From Octopus sinensis (Eukaryota): a DNA stretch of 24,452 nt. Positions 9,132 through 19,963 of this stretch are shown here, in pieces (position 1 is the first letter of the stretch; each line of letters begins with the position of its first letter). A model generated the notes under the pieces. It was not told the origin of the DNA and made no database searches. It was given only the letters and a program-made list of their open reading frames with translations. Position numbers and translations under genes: made by a program. Location of the stretch: NCBI RefSeq assembly GCF_006345805.1, contig NW_021836036.1:1-24452 (forward strand), given 5' to 3'.

Positions 9132-9417
9132 AATTATAAATTAGAGTTAAAACCACTATTATGCAATTCAAACAATGATAGACATAAACCAAAGCATAAA
9201 TAAAAAATAAAATATATTTTTATAAAACATATAACTAGATCACAAACAGTATAAAAATGAATAATCAATATATAATATATATTGATTATTCATTTTTATA
9301 CTTTTTGTGATCTAATTATATGTTTTATAAAAATATATTTATTTGTCATTTATGTATTGGGTTATGTCTATCCCTGTTTGAATTGCATAATAGTGGTTTT
9401 AACTCTAATTTATAATT
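9132..9417. repeat. 286-bp near-perfect palindrome (two ~143-bp inverted arms, 1-nt spacer at 9275)
   Basis: Manual alignment of the arms gives about 9 mismatches and 1 indel. The outer 43 bp are identical. Confidence 0.95.
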
Positions 9418-9496
9418 GATATTTTATATATTTATATTGTGAAATTTGATTTAATGCTAAATTAAATTTTTCCCTGTAAGTTTTGAGTTATACTCC

Positions 9497-9499
<3 letters not shown>

Positions 9500-9571
<72 letters not shown>
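9500..9571. repeat. (TA)n microsatellite
   Basis: Direct read. Confidence 0.97.
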
Positions 9572-9573
<2 letters not shown>

Positions 9574-9684
9574 CTCAAAGAAATTCCAGCTTTGATTTTC
9601 ACATTTTATTTACCGTCTTATAATAATATAATATAAGATAATATAATATGACGAAATGATAGAATATTAAATAGCCATTCTGAT

Positions 9685-9729
9685 TGAACTAGTACTTTCA
9701 TGCATTACACCATGCAATCTTCAGGTTCA
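9685..9729 (-). ncRNA. Minimal type I hammerhead ribozyme motif, intact core
   Basis: Minus strand: TGAAC CTGAAGA T-TGCAT-GGTGTA-ATGCA-T GAAA GTAC T A GTTCA. This gives a 5-bp stem I, an intact CUGAAGA/GAAA core, palindromic stem III AGTACT and a CUA triplet. The 10.1:11.1 pair is U.U. Confidence 0.8.
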
Positions 9730-10319
9730 TATAGTAGTGGTGACAGTTATGCTTCACTATTTACAACTGTTGTGAGATGGCTAAAATGTTTGCCTTAAAT
9801 ACATTTGTATAAACTCCAGAATGTTAATTTTTGCAAACTGTTTTCTGACCAATCAGTGTGTGGCTTTACTAAATCACTTAAGTTGATTGGTGTTTGGGTT
9901 AGGTGTCACGGTTTGTTGAACATGTCAAGAGACCGGTATTTTGACCCTGGCCAAAGCAGTAATTGTTTGGCTATTTTTAGAAATGTAAACATTTCCCAGG
10001 GATTTTTACAGTTCAGTTATCATCATCACCATTATCAACACCTTTATACCTTTATTATCGTTGTCGTTGGCGGTGGCGGTGGTAGGGGTAGCTGTGGTAA
10101 TAGAACTTTAAACCCTAAATAAGATGGTTTTAACTGACTTTTCTCTTGACCTCGCTAGAATTTTCCTGCTATCGTCATCATGAGAACCTTTAGTATTTTT
10201 GTTGATGTTAGTAGTAGTGGTCGTAGCAGTAGAACTTTAAGTATTAGTATTATTGTTTATTTAGCTTGGGTTTTAGTATTATTGTTTATTGTTTTATTAT
10301 TTTTAGTATTATTGTTTAC

Positions 10320-10626
10320 TCTCTCTCTTTTACTCTTTTACTCTTTTACTCGCTTCAGTCATTTAACTGCGGCCATGCTGGAGCACCGCCTTTAATCGAG
10401 CAACTTGACCCCGGGACTTATTCTTTGTAAGCCCAGTAATTATTCTATCGGTCTCTTTTTGCCGAACCGCTAAGTGACAGGGACATAAACACACCAGCAT
10501 CGGATGTGAAGCAATGCTAGGGGGACAAACACAAACATACACGCACACACACATATACATATATATATACATATATACGACAGGCTTCTTTCAGTTTCCG
10601 TCTACCAAATCCACTCACAAGGCTTT
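10320..10626 (-). mobile_element. SINE family A, 5'-truncated copy
   Basis: Clear match from the (CTCTTTTA)n tail to CCACTCACAAGGCTTT. It abuts the PLE fragment. Confidence 0.92.
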
Positions 10627-10945
10627 ATTTAAGAATAAAGTTCTTTTCTTTGATTTTTATCTCGATTTCACTTGGACTGTGTAGTTTGTGGAATGAAAAT
10701 ATATTTTCCGACCACATGCTGCTATATGGTTACTCAAAGGTATCTGACGGACGTTTAGGTCTCTAATTTGCTGTCGGTGCACACGTGTACGTTCTGATAG
10801 TGCATTTCCAGTCTGACCTACATATAGTTCTTCACAATTCGGACATTTGATGCACTAAATTAAATTTCTGCTTTTGCAGTTCATATTTGCGTTTGTGAAT
10901 ATTTCCCGGTTTTTGTGTTCATATATTGGCCGGTATGTATGAATT
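10627..10945 (-). pseudogene. Penelope-like element GIY-YIG endonuclease fragment (CxxC-containing type), decayed
   Basis: Manual translation: NANMNCKSRNLI*CIKCPNCEELYVGQTGNALSERTRVHRQQIRDLNVRQIPLSNHIAACG. After a frameshift: FHKLHSPSEIEIKIKEKNFILK. LI(Y)...YVG (TAG at 10855-10857 where Y is expected; YVG at 10824-10816), then R...H and a late E, fit GIY-YIG. Confidence 0.88.
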
Positions 10946-10961
10946 GGAATATATATTTTTA

Positions 10962-11358
10962 TTCATTTCAGTCATTTGACTGCGGCCATGCTGGAGAACT
11001 GCCTTTAGTTGAGCAAATCGACCCCAGGACTTATTCCTTGTAAGCCTAGTACTTATTCTGTCGGTCCCTTTTGCCGAACCGCTAAGTTACGGGGACGTAA
11101 ACACACCAGCATCGGCTGTCAAGCGATGTTGGGGGGGGGACAAACAGAGACAAACAAACATATACACACACATGCATACATATATACATATATACGACGG
11201 GCTTCTTTCAGTTTCCGTCTACCAAATCCACCCACAAGGCTTTGGTTGGCCCGAGGCTATAGTAGAAGACACTTGCCCAAGATGCCACTCAGTGGGAATG
11301 AACTCGGAACCATGTGGCTGGTAAGCAAGCTACTTACCACACAACCACTCCTGCGCCT
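10962..11358 (-). mobile_element. SINE family A, full-length copy
   Basis: Runs from the tail to the head CCACTCCTGCGCCT (11358). A- and B-box-like motifs are present. Confidence 0.93.
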
Positions 11359-11394
11359 GTGTGTCTTTTAGTTTTTGTTTACTTATACACATCA

Positions 11395-11500
11395 GCAAAG
11401 GAGCCAATTGAACATCTCTGTGTGGTTGTTCAATTTGCTAGAAATAACAGCCAAAATTCTCTCAAACTATGCACTTGTTAGTATTAAATAAAGGGGAAAA
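11395..11500 (+). mobile_element. Fragment of a third interspersed repeat (family C)
   Basis: TTGCTAGAAATAACAGCCAAA.T.CTCTCAAA is shared with 12450-12472. Confidence 0.5.
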
Positions 11501-11894
11501 ATAGAATTAATATTTTTGATTTTGTTCAGCTCTATGAGTTAGATTTTTAAAAAATGTTTTCGTCAATTACTCTATGCAAGGAAAAAGTAATTGGAAAAAC
11601 CCTGACCAAAACAGAGAAATTGTGACTTCTCTCTCACATCCCTCTCCTTTTCCCAAAACACGCATCAAATTTAAGTATCTTGATTTTCTGATTATTGCTC
11701 CTTTGATGGCCCTGTAAGCATGGGTGTTGAGAAGTAGTAATTCAACTCATAGGTGGTGGTTTCAAATCTTGTTCAGAAATTGCAAGAGATCTAGTTGAAA
11801 ATTTTTATTTAAGCAACCAAATTACTTTCAACAATTTCTTTCTCTTAAGCGTGACACACGCGTCAAGTACGCGCAAAAAACAAATTGACATATT

Positions 11895-12010
11895 AATATT
11901 ATTGATGATACTGGTGTTGATTCGTTCAACTAAAATCCTTCAAGGCGGTGCTCCAGCATGGCCAAATTCCAATGACTGAAAAATAAAATTAAGAGTCAAA
12001 AGACAAAGGA
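11895..12010 (+). mobile_element. SINE family A, 3' tail fragment
   Basis: AAGGCGGTGCTCCAGCATGGCC...ATGACTGAAA followed by an AAAAGA-like tail. Confidence 0.75.
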
Positions 12011-12013
12011 TAG

Positions 12014-12063
12014 GTAATCATGTATAGCGCTATTTCGTTCTTATTTGAAATCGTCAGCATTAC
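12014..12063 (-). ncRNA. Minimal type I hammerhead ribozyme motif, intact core
   Basis: Minus strand: GTAATG CTGACGA T-TTC-AAATAA-GAA-C GAAA TAGCGCTA T A CAT(GAT)TAC. This gives an intact CUGACGA/GAAA core, a perfect 10-nt palindrome ATAGCGCTAT as stem III and an AUA triplet. Stem I is 3 bp plus 3 bp beyond a bulge. The 10.1:11.1 pair is U.C. Confidence 0.75.
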
Positions 12064-12289
12064 TTAACTCGAGGCCAATCAATTTAATAACATTAAACAT
12101 TTTTACAAAGCAAGACATTCCTATTTGATGGGAAATAATTACAATTTGAAAGACATTCAAGATACTTCAACGATTTTTCATGTCAATAACTCCGGACTAT
12201 ATAGACTATAAAAATTCATGCAGCGTCGTTCAATCCATTTTAATATGCGCAATTGAACGGGTGAGTATATACGTTGTTTTGTTATTGTT

Positions 12290-12540
12290 TAACCCTAGGC
12301 TAGCCGATGGAGCAGATCCATGAAGGAAGGCATTTCAGTTGGCTTTGGTCTTACTCGCAGAGAACTCAGAATCATGTTATCCACTATGTTCTTTTCTAAG
12401 ACGGTGCTGACTGATTTGATGGAGATTTGGGTCATTCGGCTTGCTAGAAATAGCAGGCAAATCTCCCTCGAACCAGCACTTTTTCACTTCCGTCTTATTA
12501 ATGAAGGATTCAGGGGATAGTGTTGTACTTGATGTGCTGT
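12290..12540. mobile_element. Rearranged family C repeat fragments, including an internal inverted repeat (GGAGATTTG...CAAATCTCC)
   Basis: Shares motifs with 11395-11500 and, in reverse, with 12740-12795. Confidence 0.5.
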
Positions 12541-12739
12541 ATTTGGGGGAAAAAAAAGAAAAAAGGAAAAAGATCGTCGAGTCAATCAGAGATGAACAAC
12601 AATAACGGCGACGACGATGACAGCATCATCATTATCATCGTTGTCATCATCATCATCGTCATCATTGTTGTCGTCACCGTCGTCGTCGTATGCGTCGTCG
12701 TCATCATTATTATCATCGTTATATTTTAATCTGTCTCAG

Positions 12740-12795
12740 CCATAGGTCTGCTCGATCGGAACCGAAAAACTAACAATAACAACAACAATAACAAC
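12740..12795 (+). mobile_element. Family C 3' end with (AAC)n-like tail
   Basis: CATAGGTCTGCTCGATC followed by AACAATAACAACAAC. The reverse complement of a similar segment lies at 12290-12325. Confidence 0.45.
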
Positions 12796-12808
12796 ACGAT
12801 GACAGCGA

Positions 12809-12852
<44 letters not shown>

Positions 12853-13163
12853 CCACCATCATTATCATCATCATCATTTTCCTCCTCCTCCTCCTCATCA
12901 TCATCATCATCATCTTCATCATCATCATCATCGTCATCGTCATCGTCATCATCATCATCATCATCATCGTCATCCTCTTCCTGTTCCTGCTCCTGCTCCT
13001 GCTCCTCCTCCTCCTCATCGTCATCGTCATCATCATCGTCATCGTCATCATCATCGTCATCGTCATTATCATCGTCATCGTCATCATCATCGTCATCCTC
13101 CTCCTCTCCTCCTCCTCCTTCACCACCACCACCACCACCACCACATCCTCCTCCTCCTCCTCC

Positions 13164-13194
<31 letters not shown>

Positions 13195-13195
13195 G
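12796..13195. repeat. Mosaic trinucleotide array (CAT/CGT/CCT/CTT/CCA)n
   Basis: Direct read. It is the source of the poly-Ser and poly-Met ORFs. Confidence 0.95.
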
Positions 13196-13381
13196 CTTAA
13201 AGTAATTGCTTTAGAAACTTAAGTATTTAAATTCCATTTTATGAATGCACGAAAAAGTAAATATGCATATCAAGACATTTTATTGCAAATCCCGACAGTG
13301 CGGCTTTCTAGAAATTGTGCAAAATATTTTGGGCGGCCCCATCATAATATCTACCTACCACATTGCGGCTGGTTAAAAAGC

Positions 13382-13417
13382 AAAAAAAAAAAAAAAAAAA
13401 AAAAATAAAAATAAAAA
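13382..13417 (+). repeat. Poly(A) tract
   Basis: Direct read. No associated TSD or retrocopy body was recognised. Confidence 0.9.
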
Positions 13418-13714
13418 GAACCTGCTGGTGAAATGAAAAGGAAAGCGATTTTAGAACGTTAACCTGACACTTGAAATAAAACGCTCGGAGTTATTTTCAA
13501 TTATTTGGCAACGAATTAGGAGAAGCAGGGTGTCGGATAGAATGACAAGCGGTATTTAGTGACGCCATTTTAACTTCTCTGCATGACTCTGCAACTTTAG
13601 TTGACATTGGTTTCACTTCGGAGGTCGATAACCGGAGGACCAGTCATACTACGCTGTTGATAATATCAATTATATTAGCCAGTCAAAAGACACACAAAGG
13701 CTGTTAGTTACCTC

Positions 13715-14131
13715 ACTTAAGTAGTTATTATTTTTTTTCTACTCTAGGCACAAGGCGCAAAATTTTGGGAAAGGGGGCCAGTCGATTAGATCGACTCCAG
13801 TACGCAACTGGTACTTAATTTATCAAACCCGAAAGGATGAAAGGCAAAGTCAACCTCGACGGAATTTGAATTCAGAACCTAAAGACAGAATTCAGAACCT
13901 AAAGGGGCTAAACACAGAGGGGACAAACAAGGACAGACAAACGGATTAAGTCGATTACATCGACCCCAATGCGTAACTGGTTCTTAATTTATCTATCCCG
14001 AAAGGATGAAAGGCAAAGTCGACCTTGACGGAATTTGAACTCAGAACGTAAAGATAGACGAAATACGGCAAAGCATTGCGCCCGGCATGGTAACGTTTCT
14101 GCCAGCTCGCCGCCTTACTTAAGTAGTTATT
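13715..14131 (-). mobile_element. Dimeric SINE family B insertion bounded by a 15-bp target-site duplication
   Basis: ACTTAAGTAGTTATT occurs at 13715-13729 and 14117-14131. Inside lie a head-less monomer (13730-13904) and a second monomer with a different 3' tail and an intact head ending GCTCGCCGCCTT (14116). Confidence 0.9.
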
Positions 14132-14639
14132 TAGCGTCAAAAAATCGGTGTTTGTTCGTTTACGTCAGGCGTTCTCAACCATTTTTTAAATCTATCGACT
14201 CCTTTGATTACTATTTTATTCTGGTGAACCCTAATAGCCATTTAATGTTTAAAACATGCTTCACGATTTTAGTATACATACCTTATTAGTATTTCCTCCT
14301 ATGTCCTATATACTCTGGGAATGCATTAAAGCCCTTTTAAGGGCTACTTTGTTTGAATTCTTACTATCAGGTAACTAATTTCATGTTATTACATAACTGA
14401 CTTCACAATTTGGGTTTTCATAACTTATAGGGAATTCCTAAAAACAAGATACTGTGTAAGACAGTTCGGTATTCTCAATAAATGCACAAAAACTGTTTTA
14501 GGGGCTACATACTTCGTATTGTTGTTATTGGATTAGCGAAACAATTATGAGAACGGAACCAAGGGATAAACCCTACTTTCCCGGAAATTACTGGGTACGT
14601 CAGTTAGTATATATATAATATTATATATACACACACATA

Positions 14640-14985
14640 AAAGAAATTTGCTTCCCAGCAAGCTTACGGTTCAGTCCCACTGCGTGACAATTTGAGTAGC
14701 TGTCTTCTACTCTAGCCTCGGGCCGACCAGAGCCTTGTGAGTGGATTTGGTAGTCGGAAACTGAAAGAGCCCCCCCCCCCCCCACATATATGCATATGTC
14801 CCCTACCACCGTTTGTCAACCGGTGTTTGTGCTTTTGTGTTCCCGTAACTTAGTGATTCGACAAAAGAGACTGATGGAATAAGTACCAGGCTTTAAAAGA
14901 AAATAAGCACTAAAAATTCTGCAAGGCGGTGCCCCAGCTTGGCCGCAGTCTCATAACTAATGACTGAGAAGAGTAAAAGATAGAA
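14640..14985 (+). mobile_element. SINE family A, degraded near-full copy
   Basis: GGTTCAGTCCCACTGCGTG, GCCTTGTGAGTGGATTTGG and AAGGCGGTGCCCCAGC. Confidence 0.85.
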
Positions 14986-15175
14986 TACACACACACACAC
15001 ATACACATACACACACGCACGCACAGACATACACACAAGCACACACACTGACACACATACACACAGAGACACATTCACACACACACACGTGCACACACAC
15101 ATTCACACACACATAAACATACACACACACAAACACACGCACATAAAGATACAAACACACACACACACACACATG
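14986..15175. repeat. Degenerate (CA)n array
   Basis: Direct read. Confidence 0.92.
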
Positions 15176-15704
15176 CATATATGTATGTATTTCTCTCATA
15201 CTTAGTAGGAATCATCAAAGAAAAAAAAAAAAGATCTTTATTTTTTTTAAGCCGAGAAGAAACGGCATTAATAATTCTTTGTTGCAGCATGCGGAAAAAT
15301 ATGTCTTTTTATCAACTATAAATAGTCGCGATGCTACCAATATCTATTTCTAAAATGGGACAGATTCTCTTTCTTTTCTCTATGAGCATTTTTAGAGCAG
15401 AAATAGGACTCCTTTCATCGGATTTCCTTGAACCAGTTCTATGAATCGTTAACGTTTCCGCTAATTATGCTCCAATCACTTTTCAGAAAATCTTTTCGTT
15501 CAGATCCAATCAATTGTTCTTTACATTCCTTGAATGATCAAACTGAAATATTTCATCGTTTTCTTCTTGTTATTTATATCATATTATAGTTATGTATTTA
15601 TTTATGCTTTCCATTTAGTTAGGATCGGAGAAATAGCACTGGGATCCCATTCAGGACTCTCCGTGAAGCTTATAAAGAAGAGATGAATTTATGGACAAAT
15701 AAAT

Positions 15705-16080
15705 AGGCGTAGGAGTGGCTGTGTGGTAAGTAGCTTGCTTACCAACCACATGGTTCTGGGTTCATTCCCACTGCGTGGCACCTTGGGCAAGTGTCTTCTA
15801 CTATAGCCTCGGGCCGACCAAGCCTTGTGAGTGGATTTGGTAGACGGAAACTGAAAGAAGCCCGTCGTATATATGTGTATATGTTTGTGTGTGTGTGTTT
15901 GCCCTCCCCCCAACATAGCTTGATAACCGATGCTGGTGTGTTTGCGTCCCCCGTAACTTAGCGGTTCGGCAAAAGAGACCGATAGTATAAGTACTAGGCT
16001 TACAAAGAATAAGTCCTGGGGTCGATTTGTTTCAGCATGGCCAAGTCAAAATGACTGAAACAAGTAAAAGAGTAAACAAA
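15705..16080 (+). mobile_element. SINE family A, near-full copy with a small deletion near 16030
   Basis: Runs from the head AGGCGTAGGAGTGGCTGTGTGG through to the AGTAAAAGAG tail. Confidence 0.93.
15716..15769 (+). promoter_or_regulatory. Internal RNA Pol III A- and B-box-like motifs of the SINE head
   Basis: TGGCTGTGTGG (15716-15726) resembles TRGCNNARYGG. GGTTCATTCCC (15759-15769) resembles GGTTCRANNCC. Confidence 0.65.
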
Positions 16081-16088
16081 GAGCAGAT

Positions 16089-16356
16089 ATGGCTGCGTGG
16101 TAAAAAGCTTGCTTTCCAACCACATGGTTCCGGGTTCAGTGCCACGGCATGGCATCTTGAAGCCTTGTGAGTGGGATTCTTAAACTGAAACTAAAGGAAG
16201 CCCGTCGACCATAGTGTAGCAACTGAACCAAATAAAAGATTGGTTACAGGTTCAGTCCCACTGCGTGGCACCTTGGGCAGGTGTCTTCTACTACAGCCTT
16301 GGGCCAACCAAAGCCTTATGGGTGGATTTGGGAGACGGAAACTGAAAGAAGCCAGT

Positions 16357-16358
<2 letters not shown>
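16089..16358 (+). mobile_element. Composite SINE A derivative (short monomer plus 5'-truncated monomer), copy 1
   Basis: Shares unusual junction sequences with 18874-19123. Confidence 0.8.
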
Positions 16359-16395
<37 letters not shown>

Positions 16396-16439
16396 CAATT
16401 TGTAACAACCAATAATTAACGCAACCAAACTTCTACATG

Positions 16440-16484
16440 TTACTTTTGACAATCTTTTTCCAAAGAGTGAAACCGGTAAAGTAA
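16440..16484 (+). ncRNA. Degenerate minimal type I hammerhead-like motif
   Basis: Stem I TTACTT/AAGTAA, core TTGACAA, stem II TCTTT-TTCC-AAAGA offset by GT, GAAA, palindrome ACCGGT, GUA triplet. Confidence 0.5.
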
Positions 16485-16750
16485 ATAAACATCTTTTAAA
16501 TTGCATTTTCAAACCTTCTTTCGTATATAATTCCACTCGTGCGGTACCCTACAACTCAACGTTGTTATATATATATATATATAATATATATATATTATAT
16601 ATACACATATGAGAGGGAAAACCACTATGTGGACACATGTGAAAGATATATGTGAGTTTCTATATTTAGTGTCTATGTATTTGTTCCCTACCAATCAACC
16701 AGTGTTCGCTTGTTTACGTTCCCGTAACAGTAGGGCTTCAGTATTAGAGG

Positions 16751-16937
16751 TTTTACTTCTTTGAACTGCGACCATTCTGGGGTACAGCCATCAAGGGTCT
16801 AGTCGAACAAATTGACCCCATTACTTATAACTCTTTAAAATCTTGTACTTATTGTTTCCGTCTATTATGCCAAACAGATAAGTTACAAGTACGTAAACAA
16901 GCCAACACCGGTTATCAAGTGTTGGTGGGGAACAAAC

Positions 16938-16986
<49 letters not shown>

Positions 16987-17162
16987 GATATATATGCACG
17001 ACGGGCTTCTTTCTGTTTCCGCCTACCAAATCCACTCACAAGGCCTTGGTCGGCCCAGGCTATGATTAAAAGACTCTTGTCTAAGTTGCAACGAAGTGGG
17101 ACTGAACCCGGAACCATGTAGCTGGAAAGCAGTCTATTTACCACACAGCTACTCCTGACCCT
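16751..17162 (-). mobile_element. SINE family A, older diverged full-length copy with internal (CA)n
   Basis: Reverse match to tail, body and head (ACTGAACCCGGAACCATG; ACCACACAGCTACTCCTG). Confidence 0.85.
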
Positions 17163-17249
17163 ACACACACACACACACACAGACACACACACAGAGCATG
17201 ACCGCAGCTGCATGGCTGAAACAAATAAAAGATTAAAAGAATACTTATA

Positions 17250-17265
17250 AATCTCTCTCTCACTC

Positions 17266-17301
<36 letters not shown>

Positions 17302-17397
17302 TTCTTTTTCTTTCTTCTATCTTTGTTTCTTCTTTGGTATGTATGTATGTATGTATGTAGGTGTAATGATATGTATATATCTATCTATCTATCTATC

Positions 17398-17461
<64 letters not shown>

Positions 17462-17463
17462 CA

Positions 17464-17496
<33 letters not shown>

Positions 17497-17613
17497 ATAT
17501 ATATATATATACATATATACATACAACGGACTTCTTATATCTGTATATATACATATATATCAGTGTGTATGTATGTATATATATATATATATATATTATG
17601 TATGTATATATAG

Positions 17614-17684
<71 letters not shown>

Positions 17685-17695
17685 ACACATATATA
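17250..17695. repeat. Compound microsatellite block (CT, CTTT, TATG, TCTA, TA)
   Basis: Direct read. Confidence 0.93.
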
Positions 17696-17790
17696 CACGG
17701 ACTTCTTTCAGTTTCCTTTTATCAAATCCACTTGTAAGGCTTTGGCCTGTCTCGGACTACACTAGAATATACAGCCACGCCTGCACCTAT
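17696..17790 (-). mobile_element. Short internally deleted SINE family A head fragment
   Basis: GACTTCTTTCAGTTTCC...AAATCCAC...AAGGCTTTGG joined to ACAGCCACGCCTGCACCT. Confidence 0.65.
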
Positions 17791-18088
17791 ACAAATGTCC
17801 TCACAATTACATCCCATATACGAACTCAATTTCTCGCCATTCTTCAAGTAAAACGCGTCCCTCACACCTACATCCTACACCACACAGACCCTACATCCAG
17901 CGTTTTCTAATTTCGCAAATGGGACCCCATTCCCTTCCCTTCCGACACGCCGCCTCTTTCACAAATCTTCTAAAGAAATATGTCCCCACACAATTTACTT
18001 CCGCTGATTCTTATAAATCGTATCCTTACCGTTTATTTTCTCTGAGTTTCAATTACTCCCAATAAATTTCTTCTTGCTTTTCTGCCAG

Positions 18089-18122
<34 letters not shown>

Positions 18123-18422
18123 GGTTGCTATTAGTTACGGTTGTGTAAATGGCGGGGAGTGGGGGATACTGTGCTGTTTCTTGTATTTCAGATAATGTCC
18201 ATTATACGTTTGCATCTCCTGTTTCTCCCTCGCTGTAACCCGCCACTCTCTTACTCTATCCTCGGTCTTACTCTCACTATGACCCATCACTGTCTCACTT
18301 TACACTCTCTTTCTCCCTCACACACTTTCTTTCTTTATTCTTCTTCCCCCCCACATCCATTTCTCTGCTTCCTGTTTGCTTTGTCTCACATGTTACGTCC
18401 AGCTATTACAAACACACATTTA

Positions 18423-18610
<188 letters not shown>

Positions 18611-18828
18611 TAATAAATCTCTGAACGAGGCATAGACAGTAACTGCACGACAATGTGAAGTATATTTGTCATATAAATATGGCTAACCACTAAGGGTGGG
18701 TGTTACTGTAGCTTGTAGCCCCAGGAGAACATCTCCAGCTGGCTATTGACACACCTTCTGTGCCCCATCGGCATTTGCAAAGGTAGGTCATCCTTCCCTC
18801 GTCAACCTAAGTGATTATACGAATATTA

Positions 18829-18873
<45 letters not shown>

Positions 18874-18874
<1 letters not shown>

Positions 18875-19123
18875 GGGGCAGGAGGGCTGTGTGGTAAGTA
18901 ACTTGCTAACCAACAACACGGTTACCAACCACAAGCCTTGTGAGTGGGGTTCTTAAGCTGACACTAAAGGAAGCCCGTCGGCGGCAATCTAATAACTGAA
19001 CCAAATAAAAGATTGGTCGCAGGTTCAGTTCCACTGCGTGGCACCTTGGGCAAGTGTCTTCCACTATAGCCTCGGTCCGACCAAAGCCTTGTGAGTGGAT
19101 TTGGAAGACGGGAACTGAAAGAA
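18874..19123 (+). mobile_element. Composite SINE A derivative, copy 2
   Basis: Same architecture and junctions as 16089-16358. Confidence 0.8.
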
Positions 19124-19296
19124 AATGATAGAGGATCAGTTAATTATGATTTTATTTAACACATTCCCCTCCCAGGTTCGCACACTTGTTGCAGCGGTCC
19201 TTCAGTTTTCCTAAGCCCTGTAAAAGGACTCGGAAAGTTCAGCCTCCAACCTGGCTTTTCGCGATACCCTTAAAGCCAAGAATTTTAAGGGTGCAT
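19124..19296 (-). mobile_element. Mariner-derived MITE-like remnant retaining the transposase C-terminal tip
   Basis: The minus strand reads LQGLGKLKDRCNKCANLGGECVK* (stop at 19152-19154). This resembles the mariner terminal G..KL..RW.KC....G.YV pattern. One end is replaced by the adjacent SINE. Confidence 0.6.
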
Positions 19297-19672
19297 ACAT
19301 ACTTTAAAGGTGCTTACATACATGCATACATAGATACACACACGCGCACACACACACACACACACACATAGCGTGGATTGTCGAAAGGGATAATACTGAA
19401 TACCACTGTAGCAGGGATTAAATATGTTTTTATCTTCGTCGCATTAATCTGTTGCTGTACTGCGTTTCGCCTCTATGTACACAGTTGTAACGTTCCCGAT
19501 ATACATACATACATACGTAACATACTTCAGTACATGTAGCATAAAGAAGCCAGAAGCTGCTGTGTTCGTTCGGGAAAAGATACCTTAATAGAATTATTGT
19601 TTTAAAAAACACAATATACTCCAGAGGTTGAAATTAGATCGTTCCGGAATCGACCGTGAGATTAGAAGAAAC

Positions 19673-19739
<67 letters not shown>

Positions 19740-19742
<3 letters not shown>

Positions 19743-19963
19743 CGCAGGAGTTGCTGTGTGGTAAGTATCTTGCTTACCAACCACATGGTTTCGGGTTCAT
19801 TCCCACTGCGTGGTACTTTGGCCAAGTGTCTTCTGCTATAGCCTCAGGCTGACCGAAGCCACGTGTCTGGATTTGCTAGACGGAAACTAAAAGAAGCCCG
19901 TCGACTAAAGGCTGTGCTCAGCATGGCCACAATCAAGTGATTGAAACAAGTAAAAAAGTAAAA

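Noticed and set aside
9700-10000. Minus-strand frame reading like a decayed ORF
   Set aside because: It contains about 4 stops in about 95 codons and no recognisable motif, which is compatible with chance.
12140-12266. Possible plus-strand exon ending at a GTGAGT donor
   Set aside because: The acceptor is weak and the peptide (KILQRFFMSITPDYIDYKNSCSVVQSILICAIER) is unrecognised. One donor-like hexamer is not enough evidence.
12799-13200. 133-aa poly-Ser/Pro ORF whose variation falls mostly at TCN third positions
   Set aside because: This is explained by an in-phase CAT/CGT/CCT microsatellite mosaic. There is no splice or homology support, and the opposite strand gives an equally open poly-Met ORF.
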